Source of the DNA: Octopus sinensis
Taxonomy: Eukaryota
DNA length: 64,000 bases
Assembly: GCF_006345805.1 (NCBI RefSeq)
Contig: NC_043006.1
Location: forward strand, 38,068,001-38,132,000
Direction of reading: 5' to 3'
Shown here one piece after another: positions 11,365 to 23,802 of this stretch. Each line of letters starts with the position of its first letter. Position 1 is the first letter of the stretch. A program made the position numbers and the translations under genes. The notes under the pieces are model-generated. The model was not told where the DNA came from. It did not search any database and worked only from the letters and a program-made list of their open reading frames with translations.

Positions 11365-12570
11365 ATGTCGTTCACGACCACACCCACTCCACAGTACATC
11401 GATGAAGTGGAGATTGACTCAGCTACAGACAGCTCAATCAACTTATCATGGAGCGTGAAAGGCACAAGCCACTCATCTTCACACATCACCGGCTTTCAGG
11501 TACATTTCCAGAAAGTGGCCAGCTCTTATATCCAATACAGCGCAATGTTGTCGTCAATGACAACCAGTTATAAGATACGCAACCTCGTTGCTGACACCTT
11601 CTACAAGGTATGCGTCGTGATGTATCGTAATGACACAACACAGAATGGAGGGGCAGGAGGGGTTGCACAGCAACGCCAAAAGTGCACAGATGCTGGCACC
11701 GCAAGTTGGCACCTGCCAGTATCTGTCGGGAGCAGTGTCGGTGCGATCATAGCACTCTCGCTTATTGTGCTAATGGTGCTCATCGCACGCTGCCCCTCAA
11801 TCATGCGACATCGAAAGGGAAGTGCACATGCAAGTGGTAAGTACGACAGCATGACGACCAACCTGCAAGATGACCACCTCGAGATGAGTGATACCACACT
11901 GCATGTGCATGAAGAAGAGGAGGATGAAGGAGAAAACGATGACGATGATGAAGGACAAGGTGAAGCAGCAGCTGCGGCTGCAGCATTCACCGATCATCGG
12001 GGCAGCATCCTTGTCGAAGTTCCAGTCTCATTTCATGAGCGCATTTTTAAACAACAACATCTGCAGCAGCATCATCACAACTGTCAGTCAGCACTGACCG
12101 AGGGCTACTGCAACGGTGGGAGCAGTAGTAGACACTCACGCCACCAACTCCGCCACCAACAAAGCCTCTCGTCACCACCTGCACCACGACCAGCACAACA
12201 CTATCTATTACATCGTGCTTCCATTCCTCATATACATCATCACTCCTGCCAACATCAACACCACAAGGAAGCCGAGTTTGTCTCGGCTTCGCAGCTCACT
12301 GATTTTCCAGTGCCCCTCACCTACATCTCAGAGGCGGAGCCTGGCTACCACATTGCACCTGCTGTTATATGCCCTCACCAAGCAAGTGGCCACAGTCGGC
12401 GGGCACATTTCAAGCGACAGGTCAGCAAGGGCAAATATGAGGGCAGTGCCAGTGAACAGCCCCACTGCAGCCATCAGCATTCGACAGTAGTGAAAATTGA
12501 ACCGCAACCAAAGCTTTCTAATCCTAAGCCTGAAAAGCAACCCTCAATGGACCTCACCAGTAGCTTATAG
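11365..12570 (+). CDS. Fibronectin type-III domain single-pass membrane protein (FN3 aa ~9-110, TM aa ~119-141, low-complexity cytoplasmic tail)
   Basis: 401 uninterrupted codons, GC-richer than flanks. FN3 hallmarks SINLSW, GFQVHF, YKIRNLVADTFYKVCV. Hydrophobic VGAIIALSLIVLMVLIA followed by basic RCPSIMRHRK. N-glycosylation sequons NLS and NDT. A at -3 of the ATG. Confidence 0.9.
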   Translation: MSFTTTPTPQYIDEVEIDSATDSSINLSWSVKGTSHSSSHITGFQVHFQKVASSYIQYSAMLSSMTTSYKIRNLVADTFYKVCVVMYRNDTTQNGGAGGVAQQRQKCTDAGTASWHLPVSVGSSVGAIIALSLIVLMVLIARCPSIMRHRKGSAHASGKYDSMTTNLQDDHLEMSDTTLHVHEEEEDEGENDDDDEGQGEAAAAAAAFTDHRGSILVEVPVSFHERIFKQQHLQQHHHNCQSALTEGYCNGGSSSRHSRHQLRHQQSLSSPPAPRPAQHYLLHRASIPHIHHHSCQHQHHKEAEFVSASQLTDFPVPLTYISEAEPGYHIAPAVICPHQASGHSRRAHFKRQVSKGKYEGSASEQPHCSHQHSTVVKIEPQPKLSNPKPEKQPSMDLTSSL

Positions 12571-12613
12571 GGGGTTCAATGACTTGATAATGAAAGTACA
12601 GAGATAAAAAGAC

Positions 12614-12664
<51 letters not shown>

Positions 12665-12977
12665 TACATTATACACACTCTATTTTATATATTGAATAAG
12701 TACATAAGGTAGAGCAAATTTATACCATGTGGAAAACCAAAATTATATGTGTGTATATATTTATAAATACACACAAAACAAATTTACATTAACAAACACA
12801 AACACACATAAATACATAGATAAATGTATGTTAGGGTTACGTTATCATGGGGATTGGGGAGACCATTCACTCAAGAAAAGACTTGAACGTAGAGTAGAAT
12901 ATAGACATGTATATATATCTATATATATATATAGACATGTGTATGTATATGTTGTATGTATGTATAATATATATATA

Positions 12978-13010
<33 letters not shown>

Positions 13011-13101
13011 CAGACATGTGTATGTATATGTGTGTATATATATATAGAAATGTGTGTGTGTGTGTGTGTGTATATATATAGAAATGTGTGTGTGTGTATG
13101 T

Positions 13102-13144
<43 letters not shown>

Positions 13145-13200
13145 ATATACACATGTCTATATATATATACACAACTATATATATTATATAACACACACAC
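12614..13200. repeat. (TA)n/(TG)n microsatellite blocks downstream of the CDS (possible 3'UTR)
   Basis: Direct reading. Confidence 0.85.
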
Positions 13201-13474
13201 AGAGGAAGAGAGAGGGGGAGAGTGAAGGGCCAATAACCAACAGATGCATATATCTGATGATGCAAAACAAAAGCAATAGTCAATTCATCAACGTTATCAT
13301 ATGATTCAAATGACATATTCACACTGTTACATCCACTTATATATGTATGTATGTATGTATGTATATATAAATGTATGTATGTGTATATATATATATATAG
13401 CTATAACTCTTTGACTGCTATTTCTAAATTCGGTATGTGGTAAGTCAATTCGTTGCTAAACCCTTTATTGCTTA

Positions 13475-13517
<43 letters not shown>

Positions 13518-13784
13518 AACACACATATGTATATTATATCTTATGGGTACACTTATATGTACAATTGCTACTGGTGAGTTTAGAGCTATATATATATATA
13601 TATAATAATAAATATTAGGGAATAAATCCAAATTTACAGGGAAAAAAAATCAGATTTAGGATTAAATCCAATTTTATAGTAAAATATTATATAATATTAA
13701 TAAGAGACAAAACCACTATTTTGCAAAACAAACAAGGAAAGACTTAATCAATACATAAAATTTTAATAAAAAGTAAAAAAATCG

Positions 13785-13827
13785 CCACTACAATTGTTTC
13801 ATGTCCTGATCGACAATCTTCAGGTGG
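13785..13827 (-). ncRNA. Putative minimal type-I hammerhead ribozyme (Penelope-like remnant)
   Basis: Minus strand CCAC-CUGAAGA-U-UGUC-gaucag-GACA-U-GAA-ACAAUUGU-A-GUGG: intact core, 4-bp stem I, palindromic stem III. Confidence 0.55.
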
Positions 13828-13864
13828 ATTTCCTGTGTGTGATTGTGTCAGCGACCATATAAGC

Positions 13865-14240
13865 ATGTGTGCATATATATATATATGTACATATATGCAT
13901 ATATATATACATATAAGTTTATATATTCATATATATGCATATATAAATACATATATATATATATATATATATGCACATATAAATACACATATACATATAT
14001 ATATGTATGTATATATATGCATAAATATATCTCTATATGTATATATATATACATTTATATATGCAGATATATACATATATATGCATACATATATGCACAC
14101 ATACATATACATATATATATATGCAAATATATATATATACATATACATATCATGCAAACACATATATATATATATATATATATATCCACATACATACATA
14201 TACATGCAAATATATATATAGATATACATACATATACATG

Positions 14241-14297
<57 letters not shown>

Positions 14298-14391
14298 GCA
14301 AATATATATATACTTACATATATATATACACATATGTATGTATATATATCATCATCATCGTTAACGTAACGTCCCTTTCCATGCTAGCATG

Positions 14392-14466
<75 letters not shown>

Positions 14467-14480
14467 CATATATATATATA
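13865..14480. repeat. Long degenerate (TA)n/(CATA)n microsatellite
   Basis: Direct reading. Source of many YI-repeat ORFs. Confidence 0.95.
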
Positions 14481-14879
14481 TCAGTACTTATATGTATGTA
14501 TAAAACAAAGATAGCATAAGAATCACAGAATAAAGAAATAAATTCCCCCACCCACCCACCCACCCACCCACTAAAAGAAAAGGAATAATTAAAACAAACT
14601 CCACGCCCTGAACCAAAAACCGAAATGAGAACGCAGAAATTAACAATTAACAAAAGAAATGGAAAAAAAAAAATACAATAATTCCAAAATTACCAAGAAT
14701 CAAATGTAAGGAAGAAACAGAGTTGTAACTATGTTCAATTTGATATATGACGCACCTGACTTAATGGATGTTGTTATTACAAGAATGCATGTTCCCAAGA
14801 CAACCGTTGAATATATTCCCCAATGAAAGAATGCATCTCTTCCAAAATAAAAATAGTTTTTTTTGTTTTTTGTTTTTAT

Positions 14880-15145
14880 CATTATTATTATTAAGATTAT
14901 TATTATTATTATTATTATATTATTATTATTTTATTGTTATTATTAAGATTATTATTATTATTATTATTATTATTATTGTTGTTATTATTATTGTTATTAT
15001 TAAGATTATCAACATTAATATTATCTATACTATTTGTTTACTGCTGCCATTATTATGAACAACCATCACTGTTACAACCACCAAAACTACCACCACCACC
15101 ACCACCACCAACAACAACATCACAACCATCATCATCATCAGCATA
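14880..15145. repeat. (ATT)n/(ACC)n/(ATC)n triplet repeats
   Basis: Direct reading. Confidence 0.9.
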
Positions 15146-15314
15146 GTTCATACCACCACCACTGCCACCATTTCAAGTTAATTACATAATAGATTCTGAA
15201 GCCAGAAAGAGAGAGACAAAAGAACAGAAACATAAAGAAACAAAAAATAAAAAGAAAACAGAAAATGCATTATACATACATCATACATATATACCTATAT
15301 GAGTGTGTGTATGC

Positions 15315-15363
<49 letters not shown>

Positions 15364-16083
15364 TATATATATGTACACACACACACACATATATAAATAC
15401 ATGTGTGTGTGTGTGTTGTATATATATATATATATATGGGGTAGGCTGGGTGGGTGTATACACGTATATATATATACGCATGCATACATATATGTACATA
15501 TGTATGCACATACATATATAAATAGACATAACACACACACACATAGATGTGTTTGTGTGTGTATATATATATGCATGCTTTTTGTTCTCTATGGGTTTTT
15601 CGAAGGCTGAGACTAAAAATACACGTGTAATTATGTATTCTTAAACAATGCAACGTAACCTGAAGAAATAGAGGAAAGTGGTTGAGGAATAATATAGTCA
15701 CAGATGCATTATACAAATGCGTGCACACACACATATATATATAGAGAGAGGTGGACTGGGTCTAAAAATATTGCTTGCCAGGAGACTGATGCCAGCCGCA
15801 ACTGCAAGAGGGCCCACCCGCAACTACAATGTTATCATCATTTTTTTTTTTTTTTTTTTGTTGAAAGTATTCCTTTCAACTGTCTACAAACACAGCCAGA
15901 CTGAAATAATTAATGCATTCTTCCAGGAGTAAATAAAAAATTCTCAAATTTGAGGGGGAAGGGCCCCTTAGATACTAACATGGCCCTCTCCCCATATATG
16001 GATTCTAATGGTGCAGGGATCCACTTGTTATCAGGCAAGCTGGCAACCTGACCAGTCTGGATTGTATGTATATATATTTTCAG

Positions 16084-16315
16084 GGCGGTGAGCTGGCAGA
16101 ATCATTAGTATGCTGGGCAAAATGCTTAACCGTATTTTGTTTGCCGTTACATTCTGAGTTCAAATTCCGCCGAGGTCGACTTTGCCTTTCAACCTTTCGG
16201 GGGTTGATTAAATAAGTACCAGTTACACACTTGTGTCAATGTAATTGACTTAATCCCTTTGTGTGTCCTTGTTTGTCCCTTCTATGTTTATCCCCCTGTG
16301 GGCAATAAAGAAATA
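16084..16315 (+). mobile_element. SINE family B, full copy
   Basis: GGCGGTGAGCTGGCAGAATC head, GAGTTCAAATTCC B-box, shared core and AATAAAGAAATA tail. Confidence 0.8.
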
Positions 16316-16584
16316 TATATATATATTTTAATTGTTGGTAGCTGCACTGTATATAATTATGCAATATACTACCAAATTGACGAAAGGCTTATAAATCAAT
16401 ACTATGTCCTAGCTGTGTTAGCAGTGCTATTCAGTGACTTTTCAAAGTTATCTCTAGAGGTTTTTTTTATAGAAAATTATGATATTTTGCATATGAATAT
16501 GTCTACATAAATAATTCAGAGCAGGTTCTAGATTCTATCGAAAATCTGTAAAGATATCTTTAAAAAGAGATATTTTTAAAATTC

Positions 16585-16794
16585 TTTTACTGGTTCCAGT
16601 GCATTGGCTGCAGCCATGCTGGAGCACCACCTTTAGTCGACCAAATTGAGCTCAGGACTTATTCTCTATAAGCCAAGTACTTATTCTATTGGTCCCCTTT
16701 GTCAAACCACTAAGTTACGGGTACGTAAACACACCAACATAGGTTGACAAGCAAAGGTGGAGGGGGACAAATATATACACACAAATATATACAT

Positions 16795-16826
<32 letters not shown>

Positions 16827-16982
16827 GTATGATGGGCTTCTTGTAGTTTCCATCTACCAAATCCACTCACAAAGCTTTGGTCAGCCCGAGGCTATAGTAG
16901 AAGACACCTGTTCAAGGTGCCACGCAGTGGGACTGAACATGGAACCAAGTGGTTGGGAAGCAAGCTTCTTACCACACACCCA
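16585..16982 (-). mobile_element. SINE family A, full copy
   Basis: Reverse-complement homology to 479-862. Confidence 0.8.
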
Positions 16983-17874
16983 CTACAGATTTTATATAGA
17001 AAGTTATGATCTTTTGCATATGAATATGTCTACATTATTAATTCAATGAAGGCTCTAGATTCTATCAAAAATCAGTAGAGATATCTTTGAGAACATAGTT
17101 TTTCATGGTCGGATGGTTTGACATCTGTTTTTAGCACATAAGGAATCCACTTAGTGGTCTCTCCTTTATATATATATATATATATATATATAATTCTTTA
17201 ACAAGAATGGTACTAACAGTGACTTCCAAGTCTTGGCCAAAACTTTGAAATCACAGTGGATGCTATTTGTGTTAAAGAACATGGATACATATTCTACAAA
17301 AAGTAGTGGGTAATACGTCAGTTTAACATAAAATTGTCTTTTATTAAAATTAACAAAATGACCCCCACCACACTCACACACACACATACATACATACATA
17401 CATATATACATACATATATACATACATATATACATACATACATACAGACAGACAGACAGAAGGCTTTTGTTTCATCTACCAATTCTACTTGTCCAAAATG
17501 CCATGGAGTGAGAAGAAACCTCCAGAACATGTGGCTGCAATCTGAAATTTGTAACCACGGAGCTATGTAAATATGTACCATCATCATCATCATCATCAAT
17601 GAATGACCACTTGGTTGTGCTTGCATGAGTTTTACAGAATTTGTTGAAGTAGATTTTCTATGGCTAGATGCCCCTTCCAGTTGCCAAACCTCACTTGTTT
17701 CCAACCAAGGCAGTATTTTCCCATATGAGACAGAAAACGAAGACCATCACTTGAATAGCAGTGGTGCTCATTTACAATAACCTCATGATATCAAAACAAG
17801 TGTACACACACACACACACACACATATATACATACATGCATACATACATACAAATACACACACACATACATACA

Positions 17875-18205
17875 TCATCATCATCATCCTCATCATCATT
17901 TAACGTCCATTCTCCATGATGCCATGGGTCAGATTGTTTGACAGGAGCAAGCAAGCCGGAGGGCTGCACCTGGCTCCAATTGTCTGTTTTGGCATAGTTT
18001 TCACAGCTAGATGCCTTTCCTAATGCCAACCACTTCACAGAATGGACTGGGTACTTTTTACATGGTGTCAGTTCTGGTGCATTTTTACATGGGACCAGCA
18101 TGGGTCCTCATTATGTGACACAAGCACAAGTGCTTTTTACATGGCACTAGCATGGGTGTTCGTTACATGGCATGAGCACAGGTGCTTTTTACATGCCACT
18201 AGATT
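17875..18205 (-). mobile_element. RTE LINE 3'UTR with several modules
   Basis: (CAT)n tail on the plus strand, AGCTAGATGCCTTTCCTAATGCCAACC, repeated GTGC/ACTTTTTACATG modules. Confidence 0.65.
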
Positions 18206-18338
18206 AGTTATGGGACTCAACAGAATCTAGACACATCACTATGTAGGATGCCAGAAATGGCTAAATACAATAACATAGAGTACACATTGAGATCAAACAA
18301 CAGTGAAAGTATCAAGTGTTGACAAGATGGTAGGATAC

Positions 18339-18389
<51 letters not shown>

Positions 18390-18555
18390 TAAAAATTATT
18401 ATCCAACATAAAGTGGCAGTCCTGATTAGGACAAATGTTACTGCTATTTATCCCCAAGAAAACATCATTTCCAGCTGGCTATCGACACAATGTAACTGCG
18501 TCCTTATATTTTCAAACAAGGGGGATAATGTCCTCACTCAGCTTGCTACTTTACG

Positions 18556-20139
18556 TTGGCAAAGAAGCTTTATCATACTGTTGCTTCATATTTCTTGTTC
18601 AGAGATTTAGAACTAGTAATAATTCATAATTGGTTTCATAAACATGGTTAACCATTAGCTAAATTCTCTGAAAAATCTAAGTTTGTACAATGATCTTAAT
18701 AAAAGTTAATAACACTAACACCAGTTTTGTCCAAATGTCTTGTGCAAAATAAGAGAACGATTAGGTTCCTTCAGAAATTTCTAGAAATTTCAAACATTGT
18801 TTACATTTGCATTACTACTGTCTCAGTATTGTGCTAGCTTCTGAACATGGCACACTGCACTAAAGTTACTCCTGACCTCCAAAAAGAAATTGTCAGGATG
18901 AAAGTTTCAGGAATGACTCTCAGCTATTTCACAAGACATAAGGAGATCTAAGAATGTGGTTTAATGTGTTCTTCAGCTCTATGAAGAAACTAAAGGTTTT
19001 GAACAAAAAAGGCAACTGGTAGACCTCGCAAAACCACCATGTGAGATGATTGAGCCATGAAACAGTACGTATTGAAAGATCCTTTCAGGACTGCTGCTGG
19101 AATTTCTAAGAAAATAAGAGTTAATAATGGTATGGAAGTGAGCCGCTTTACAGTGTCTTGTCATCTGATGGAATTTGGATTAAAGACTGTTCCCCGGCAA
19201 CGAAACCTACCATCAGCAAGAAGAATAAATTGGAGAGACTTTCATTTGCAGAAGCTTATGTGAACTGGAGGGATGATAATTAGTCAAAAGTTCATTTTAA
19301 TGATGAAAGCAAATTCAATTTAGTAGGTTCAGATGGTAGACAGTATGTTAGGCGCTTCACAGGAGATTGGCTAAAATTCAAGTGCCTGAAGAAATCTGCC
19401 AAGTTTGGAGGAGGAAGCGTCACAGTGTGGGGAATGATTTCTTCTGAAGGATTTGGCCCTCTAGTGCAGATATTAATGGTAATATCTATCTGAACTTGGT
19501 TAAACAACAAGTGGTGCCATCATTACAAGCATTTCCGAATCAACCATGCATTTTCATGCAAGATAACTCTCCTTGTCATACTGCAAAGCATATCATTGGA
19601 TTCTTTAGTGAACAAAATAGCCAAGTAATGAAGTGGCCAGCACAAAGTCCAGAATTAAATCCAATTGAAAACCTTTGGAATATACTTGAAGACAAAGTAG
19701 CACAAAGGGCACCAACTACTATGATGAATTTATGGCAGATATTAGAAGAGGAATGGAAGAAAGTAACACCTGACTTGAGTAGGAAACTAGTTAAGTCCTG
19801 TGGCAATTGATGTGCAGAGGTGATCCCAAACAAAGGTCTACAAACATCATACGAACTGAATCAAGTTCATATTTACATTTCTTTCAATCATTATTATGGT
19901 TCTGAGTTAATTGAAGCAATTTTTGGTTTCATTGTTCTCTAATTTTGCACACGAGACACTTCCACGAAACTAGTAGTAATGCTATTAACTTTTATTAAGA
20001 TCATTGTACAAACTTGGATTTTTCGCAGAATTTAGCTAATGGTTAACCATATTTACAAAACCAATTGCAAATTTGTACGTTTACTAGCTTTTCCGAAATT
20101 TAAAAAATATTAATTGTTGTCTTCTTTTGCTCGCTACTG
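18556..20139 (+). mobile_element. Full-length inactive Tc1-family DNA transposon with long TIRs
   Basis: TIR cores 18630-18760 and 19932-20064 are clear reverse complements. Right end ...CTACTG|TA. Length about 1.6 kb. Left terminus eroded. Confidence 0.9.
18847..19855 (+). pseudogene. Tc1 DD34E transposase pseudogene
   Basis: GRPRKTT, FNDESKFN, FMQDNSPCHTA...WPAQSPELNPIENLW with 34 residues between D and E. Multiple stops and frameshifts. Confidence 0.92.
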
Positions 20140-20170
<31 letters not shown>

Positions 20171-20209
20171 CATACACACAAAAATACAGAAACAAACACA
20201 CACATATCC

Positions 20210-20402
20210 CAATGGCACCTGTGCCAGTGGCATGTAAAAAGCACCTACTACATTCTTGGAGTGGTTGGCATTAGGAAGAGCATCCAGCTGTAGAAGCCAT
20301 GCCAAATCAGACAGGAACCTGGTACAGCTCCCTGGCTTTCCAGTTTCCAGTCAAACCCATGCCAGCCTGGAAAGCAGATGTTAAATGACGATGATGATGA
20401 TG
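20210..20402 (+). mobile_element. RTE LINE 3'UTR fragment
   Basis: GGCATGTAAAAAGCACC module, TTAGGAAGAGCATCCAGCTGTAGAA, (GAT)n tail. Confidence 0.7.
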
Positions 20403-23226
20403 ATAATTATGATGATATATATAAAATTGTTATCTGCACCATGTGCAGCAAGATCTAGAATGAATAATTGCTTATGTGTTATTAACACATCTAGGTAGAT
20501 TCAGACACAGAATATGTGAGGCATTGTAGTATATGTCTTAGGAGAATGTCTTCTCTGTTTTACAACATGTTCGATGCACTCATCTCAACAACACATGACA
20601 TTCAGGACACCAGTGTGCATTCGTCTGAGAGTTCTGGCTGATGAGACACAACAAGTTGAAACACTGACATCCCAGAATGCAGTGTGCCAATAAGAAGAGT
20701 GGGTTGAACATGCTATTGGAATAGAATGGAGAAGCTATTCCCCTAAGACATATACTACAGCAACTAGCATATTTTGTATTTGGACCTACCTAAATGTGTT
20801 AAAAATAAATATGTGAATATTCACATGTGATAGATGAGAATAAAGAGGTGAAAAACATGTAAAGACAGTGTGTGCTCAGACCACACAAAATACCTCAAAT
20901 TCATTGTCAAACAAAGAGAGATGAATACCAGGGAAAGTTACACAAAGAGACACGCATAAACACATAAATATACATACATACATACATATATATATATATT
21001 CATAAACATACACATACATGCATATATATACATATATTTATACATTTATTTTTGCATACACACACACACATGCACGTATATCTAATGGACTTTTTGTATT
21101 TTCCATGTAAGAAATAAAAAGATAAATTGCAATTCCAGACAAAGTGTTCAATGTACAAAATACTTCTATAAAGTAGAGTGAATGTATTCAGTTAAAGGAT
21201 CGATGACTCTTTCAAGATCAATCTCATTTCCCTCATAACAAAATTTTTACTGCCTCTTCCAAATTCTGATGAAAGAATTGAATTATGCACACATATGTAC
21301 ATACATGTTTGTATTGTGTGTGTGTTTGTGTATGTACTTATTACAAAGAAAAGACAAAAATACTTTGAGAACTTTATCATAAAAAAGAGGCAACACATTC
21401 ATATCTTAATTAAAAGATGCTACCGGTTTCAATTCTGGAGACAAATAATCTCGCAAAAAGAAAAGGGTAAATGAATTTAATTAAACCAATCTTCCATGGT
21501 AACTGTTTTGAAAGTTCACACTATTTTACAAGCGAGTCATTGGTCTTCCTCTGACAGCATTTGGATTAAAATAGTAGTAGCAATAGTATTACCAGTAACA
21601 GTGGTCACTAATACTGCAACCATTCCTTCTACACAAATTATGACCAAACAATTATTAGAGAGAGACCAACTAATGCCATGAGAATTTTCTATGAAAAATG
21701 TTTGAATAAATTCATTTCTCCATTTCTTTTTGTATGATTATACAGCAATTGAAACCAGTGACATCTTTTACTTTAAGCTTAAAGAAACATAACCAAACTT
21801 CAATGAATAGAATTTTCCCCTTTTCCTAGAACATTTCTTTAAGTCTTTTCTTGTTTGTTCCTTGTATTTTTCTAATTTTATCTTGTATTTCCACATGAAG
21901 TAGCCATTTTATTTGAGTTTAAAGAATTTCCAGATCACACACAGTTGGCTATGTAAGCCAGTAATAGACTATCCAAGCATGAGACTTAAAGTGGCTCATG
22001 TATAATCACACACACACACATATATATATAAATACACACACACACAAGTGAAGGGGCACTTTATACCCTTAGTAATAAGATAGTCACATATTACACAGGG
22101 AATATGACATTTAGTATTACTAAGGTATTTTTTCACCAAAATCGCTCAACAAATGTTCACATCAGATGAATTCTCTGGAGCTTGTCCCAAATAAAAAAGT
22201 GAAGGAACATATCCCAGATGTATAGCCAAAATGTAAGCTACCCAGAGCAGCCCTTGAGTCACTCTTTCCCTTGGGTTCCCAAACCTATAAAAGCTTATAC
22301 AGCAGACCCAATAGAATAACCCACATAAAAATGTAACCTGAGACTGAATGGCGCCTTATCCTGTTCACCCTTCTACCAACTATACGACTGCTAGAAGGAA
22401 AGTGTTAATTTCTGATACACAATGTAAAGGAAATATGCATTATCTTGTGCATGTGTGTAATTAGAAGACAGAGCTTAAAAAACTGAAGAAGAAAAATGAA
22501 TAAGGAAATATAAGGTATCTAGTAAATATCACCAACAGCAAAAGAAAAGAAGATAAAATGATATAATGCAAATATTTCAAACCATTAAAGAGCAAAAAAA
22601 TGGAAAGAGAAAATATAAAATTGGAAAAGAGAAAGGAAAAACTGAAAAAAGAGAGGGAGAGAGAGAGAGAGTGTGTGTGTGCGTGCGTGTGTGTGTGTGT
22701 CTGCCCCACCCCAAATCAAACAGAAAAATAATCAATATTTTTTCTGATACTTTATAAAAGAAAATATATATATATTTATCAACATTTTAGAAAAATGAAA
22801 AAAAGATGACAAAATGGTGGTGGTTGAGGTGGAGGGAATTTTTCTAATAAAAAATTCAATTTAAGGAAATGAAACTAACAAAAAATAAGTTGAAAATTGA
22901 AAATGTTGCAAATTGTTATTAATATAATAATTCTATAAATGATGTAATTGTTTGACATTGAAGAAAAAAAATTAAATGTAAGTGGGTTTTGAGTGCATGT
23001 ATGTATGTATATGTGCATGCACGTTTGTGTGTGTGTGTGTAGTGTCAGAGAATAAATGGCAATGCAATCCTCAGAATTACAATTTGAGATGCTTCAACTT
23101 CGATTAAGAATACTGGCGAGTGTGTGTGTGCGCATGTGTTTGTTTTTATGGTGAATGATAATAAAAACAGTTTAACATAAAACTGAAGAATTACTCAATA
23201 CTTCTTATAAAGAATATCTTTATTAA

Positions 23227-23444
23227 CTCCCTGCAGATGGATTTAGTACTGACAGTCTGTGCTGTGCACTGGAATTGAGCCATTCGGTAACTACATAATT
23301 TTCCATACAAGGAATTTTACAGTGTACTTACAGATTCTTCTCCATGTAGTGCATTGGAAAACATGGTGCAGCAAAGAGCAAGACATTGCACTGCTCACAC
23401 ACAGTGTTTCGATGCAGTCAATACTGCTTACTATCTGCAAAGGG
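23227..23444 (-). mobile_element. piggyBac-derived MITE retaining the transposase C-terminal Cys-rich remnant
   Basis: TTAA at 23223-26 and 23445-48. TIRs CTCCCTGCAGATGG / CCCTTTGCAGATAG. Minus 23399-23328 reads CEQCNVLLFAAPCFPMHYMEKNL*. Confidence 0.7.
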
Positions 23445-23650
23445 TTAAGCTTTTATAAGGAGTGTAACTTTGAGGATTCAGCCTGCTAGCCTTTGCCAGA
23501 GTGTCTACATGTGTACCTAGATACATACATTCATGCATGTATGTATATCTATCTGTGTGTCTGTCTGTGCGTGTGTGTGTGTGTTAAATAAAGTAAGATA
23601 ACAAGGCCAAGGTAATATGATATTTCTAGGACATTTATAAAGAGAAAGGT

Positions 23651-23700
23651 GGTCTTACAGCTGTTTCAGAGAAATAAATGATATCCCATCATCAGAGAGG
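23651..23700 (-). ncRNA. Degenerate hammerhead-like motif (Penelope-like end)
   Basis: Minus strand UCU-CUGAUGA-U-GGGAUAU..AUUUCUC-U-GAA-ACAGCUGU-A-AGA. Stem II imperfect. Confidence 0.35.
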
Positions 23701-23723
23701 AGTTAAGAGAGTTTCATACATAT

Positions 23724-23780
<57 letters not shown>

Positions 23781-23802
23781 TATTTAGTCAGTGTATCATA
23801 TA

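Noticed and set aside
15748-16065. Possible MITE (GGACTGGGTC / GACCAGTC ends)
   Set aside because: Terminal match too short and no TSD.
21414-21770. Short inverted repeat (AAAAGATG..C(C/T)GGTTTCAATT) with an ACCGGT palindrome
   Set aside because: No recognisable CUGANGA core or TSD. Too degenerate to call.
23237-23286. Apparent 50-nt exon with good splice sites
   Set aside because: The acceptor is the piggyBac MITE TIR. No partner exons are evident.
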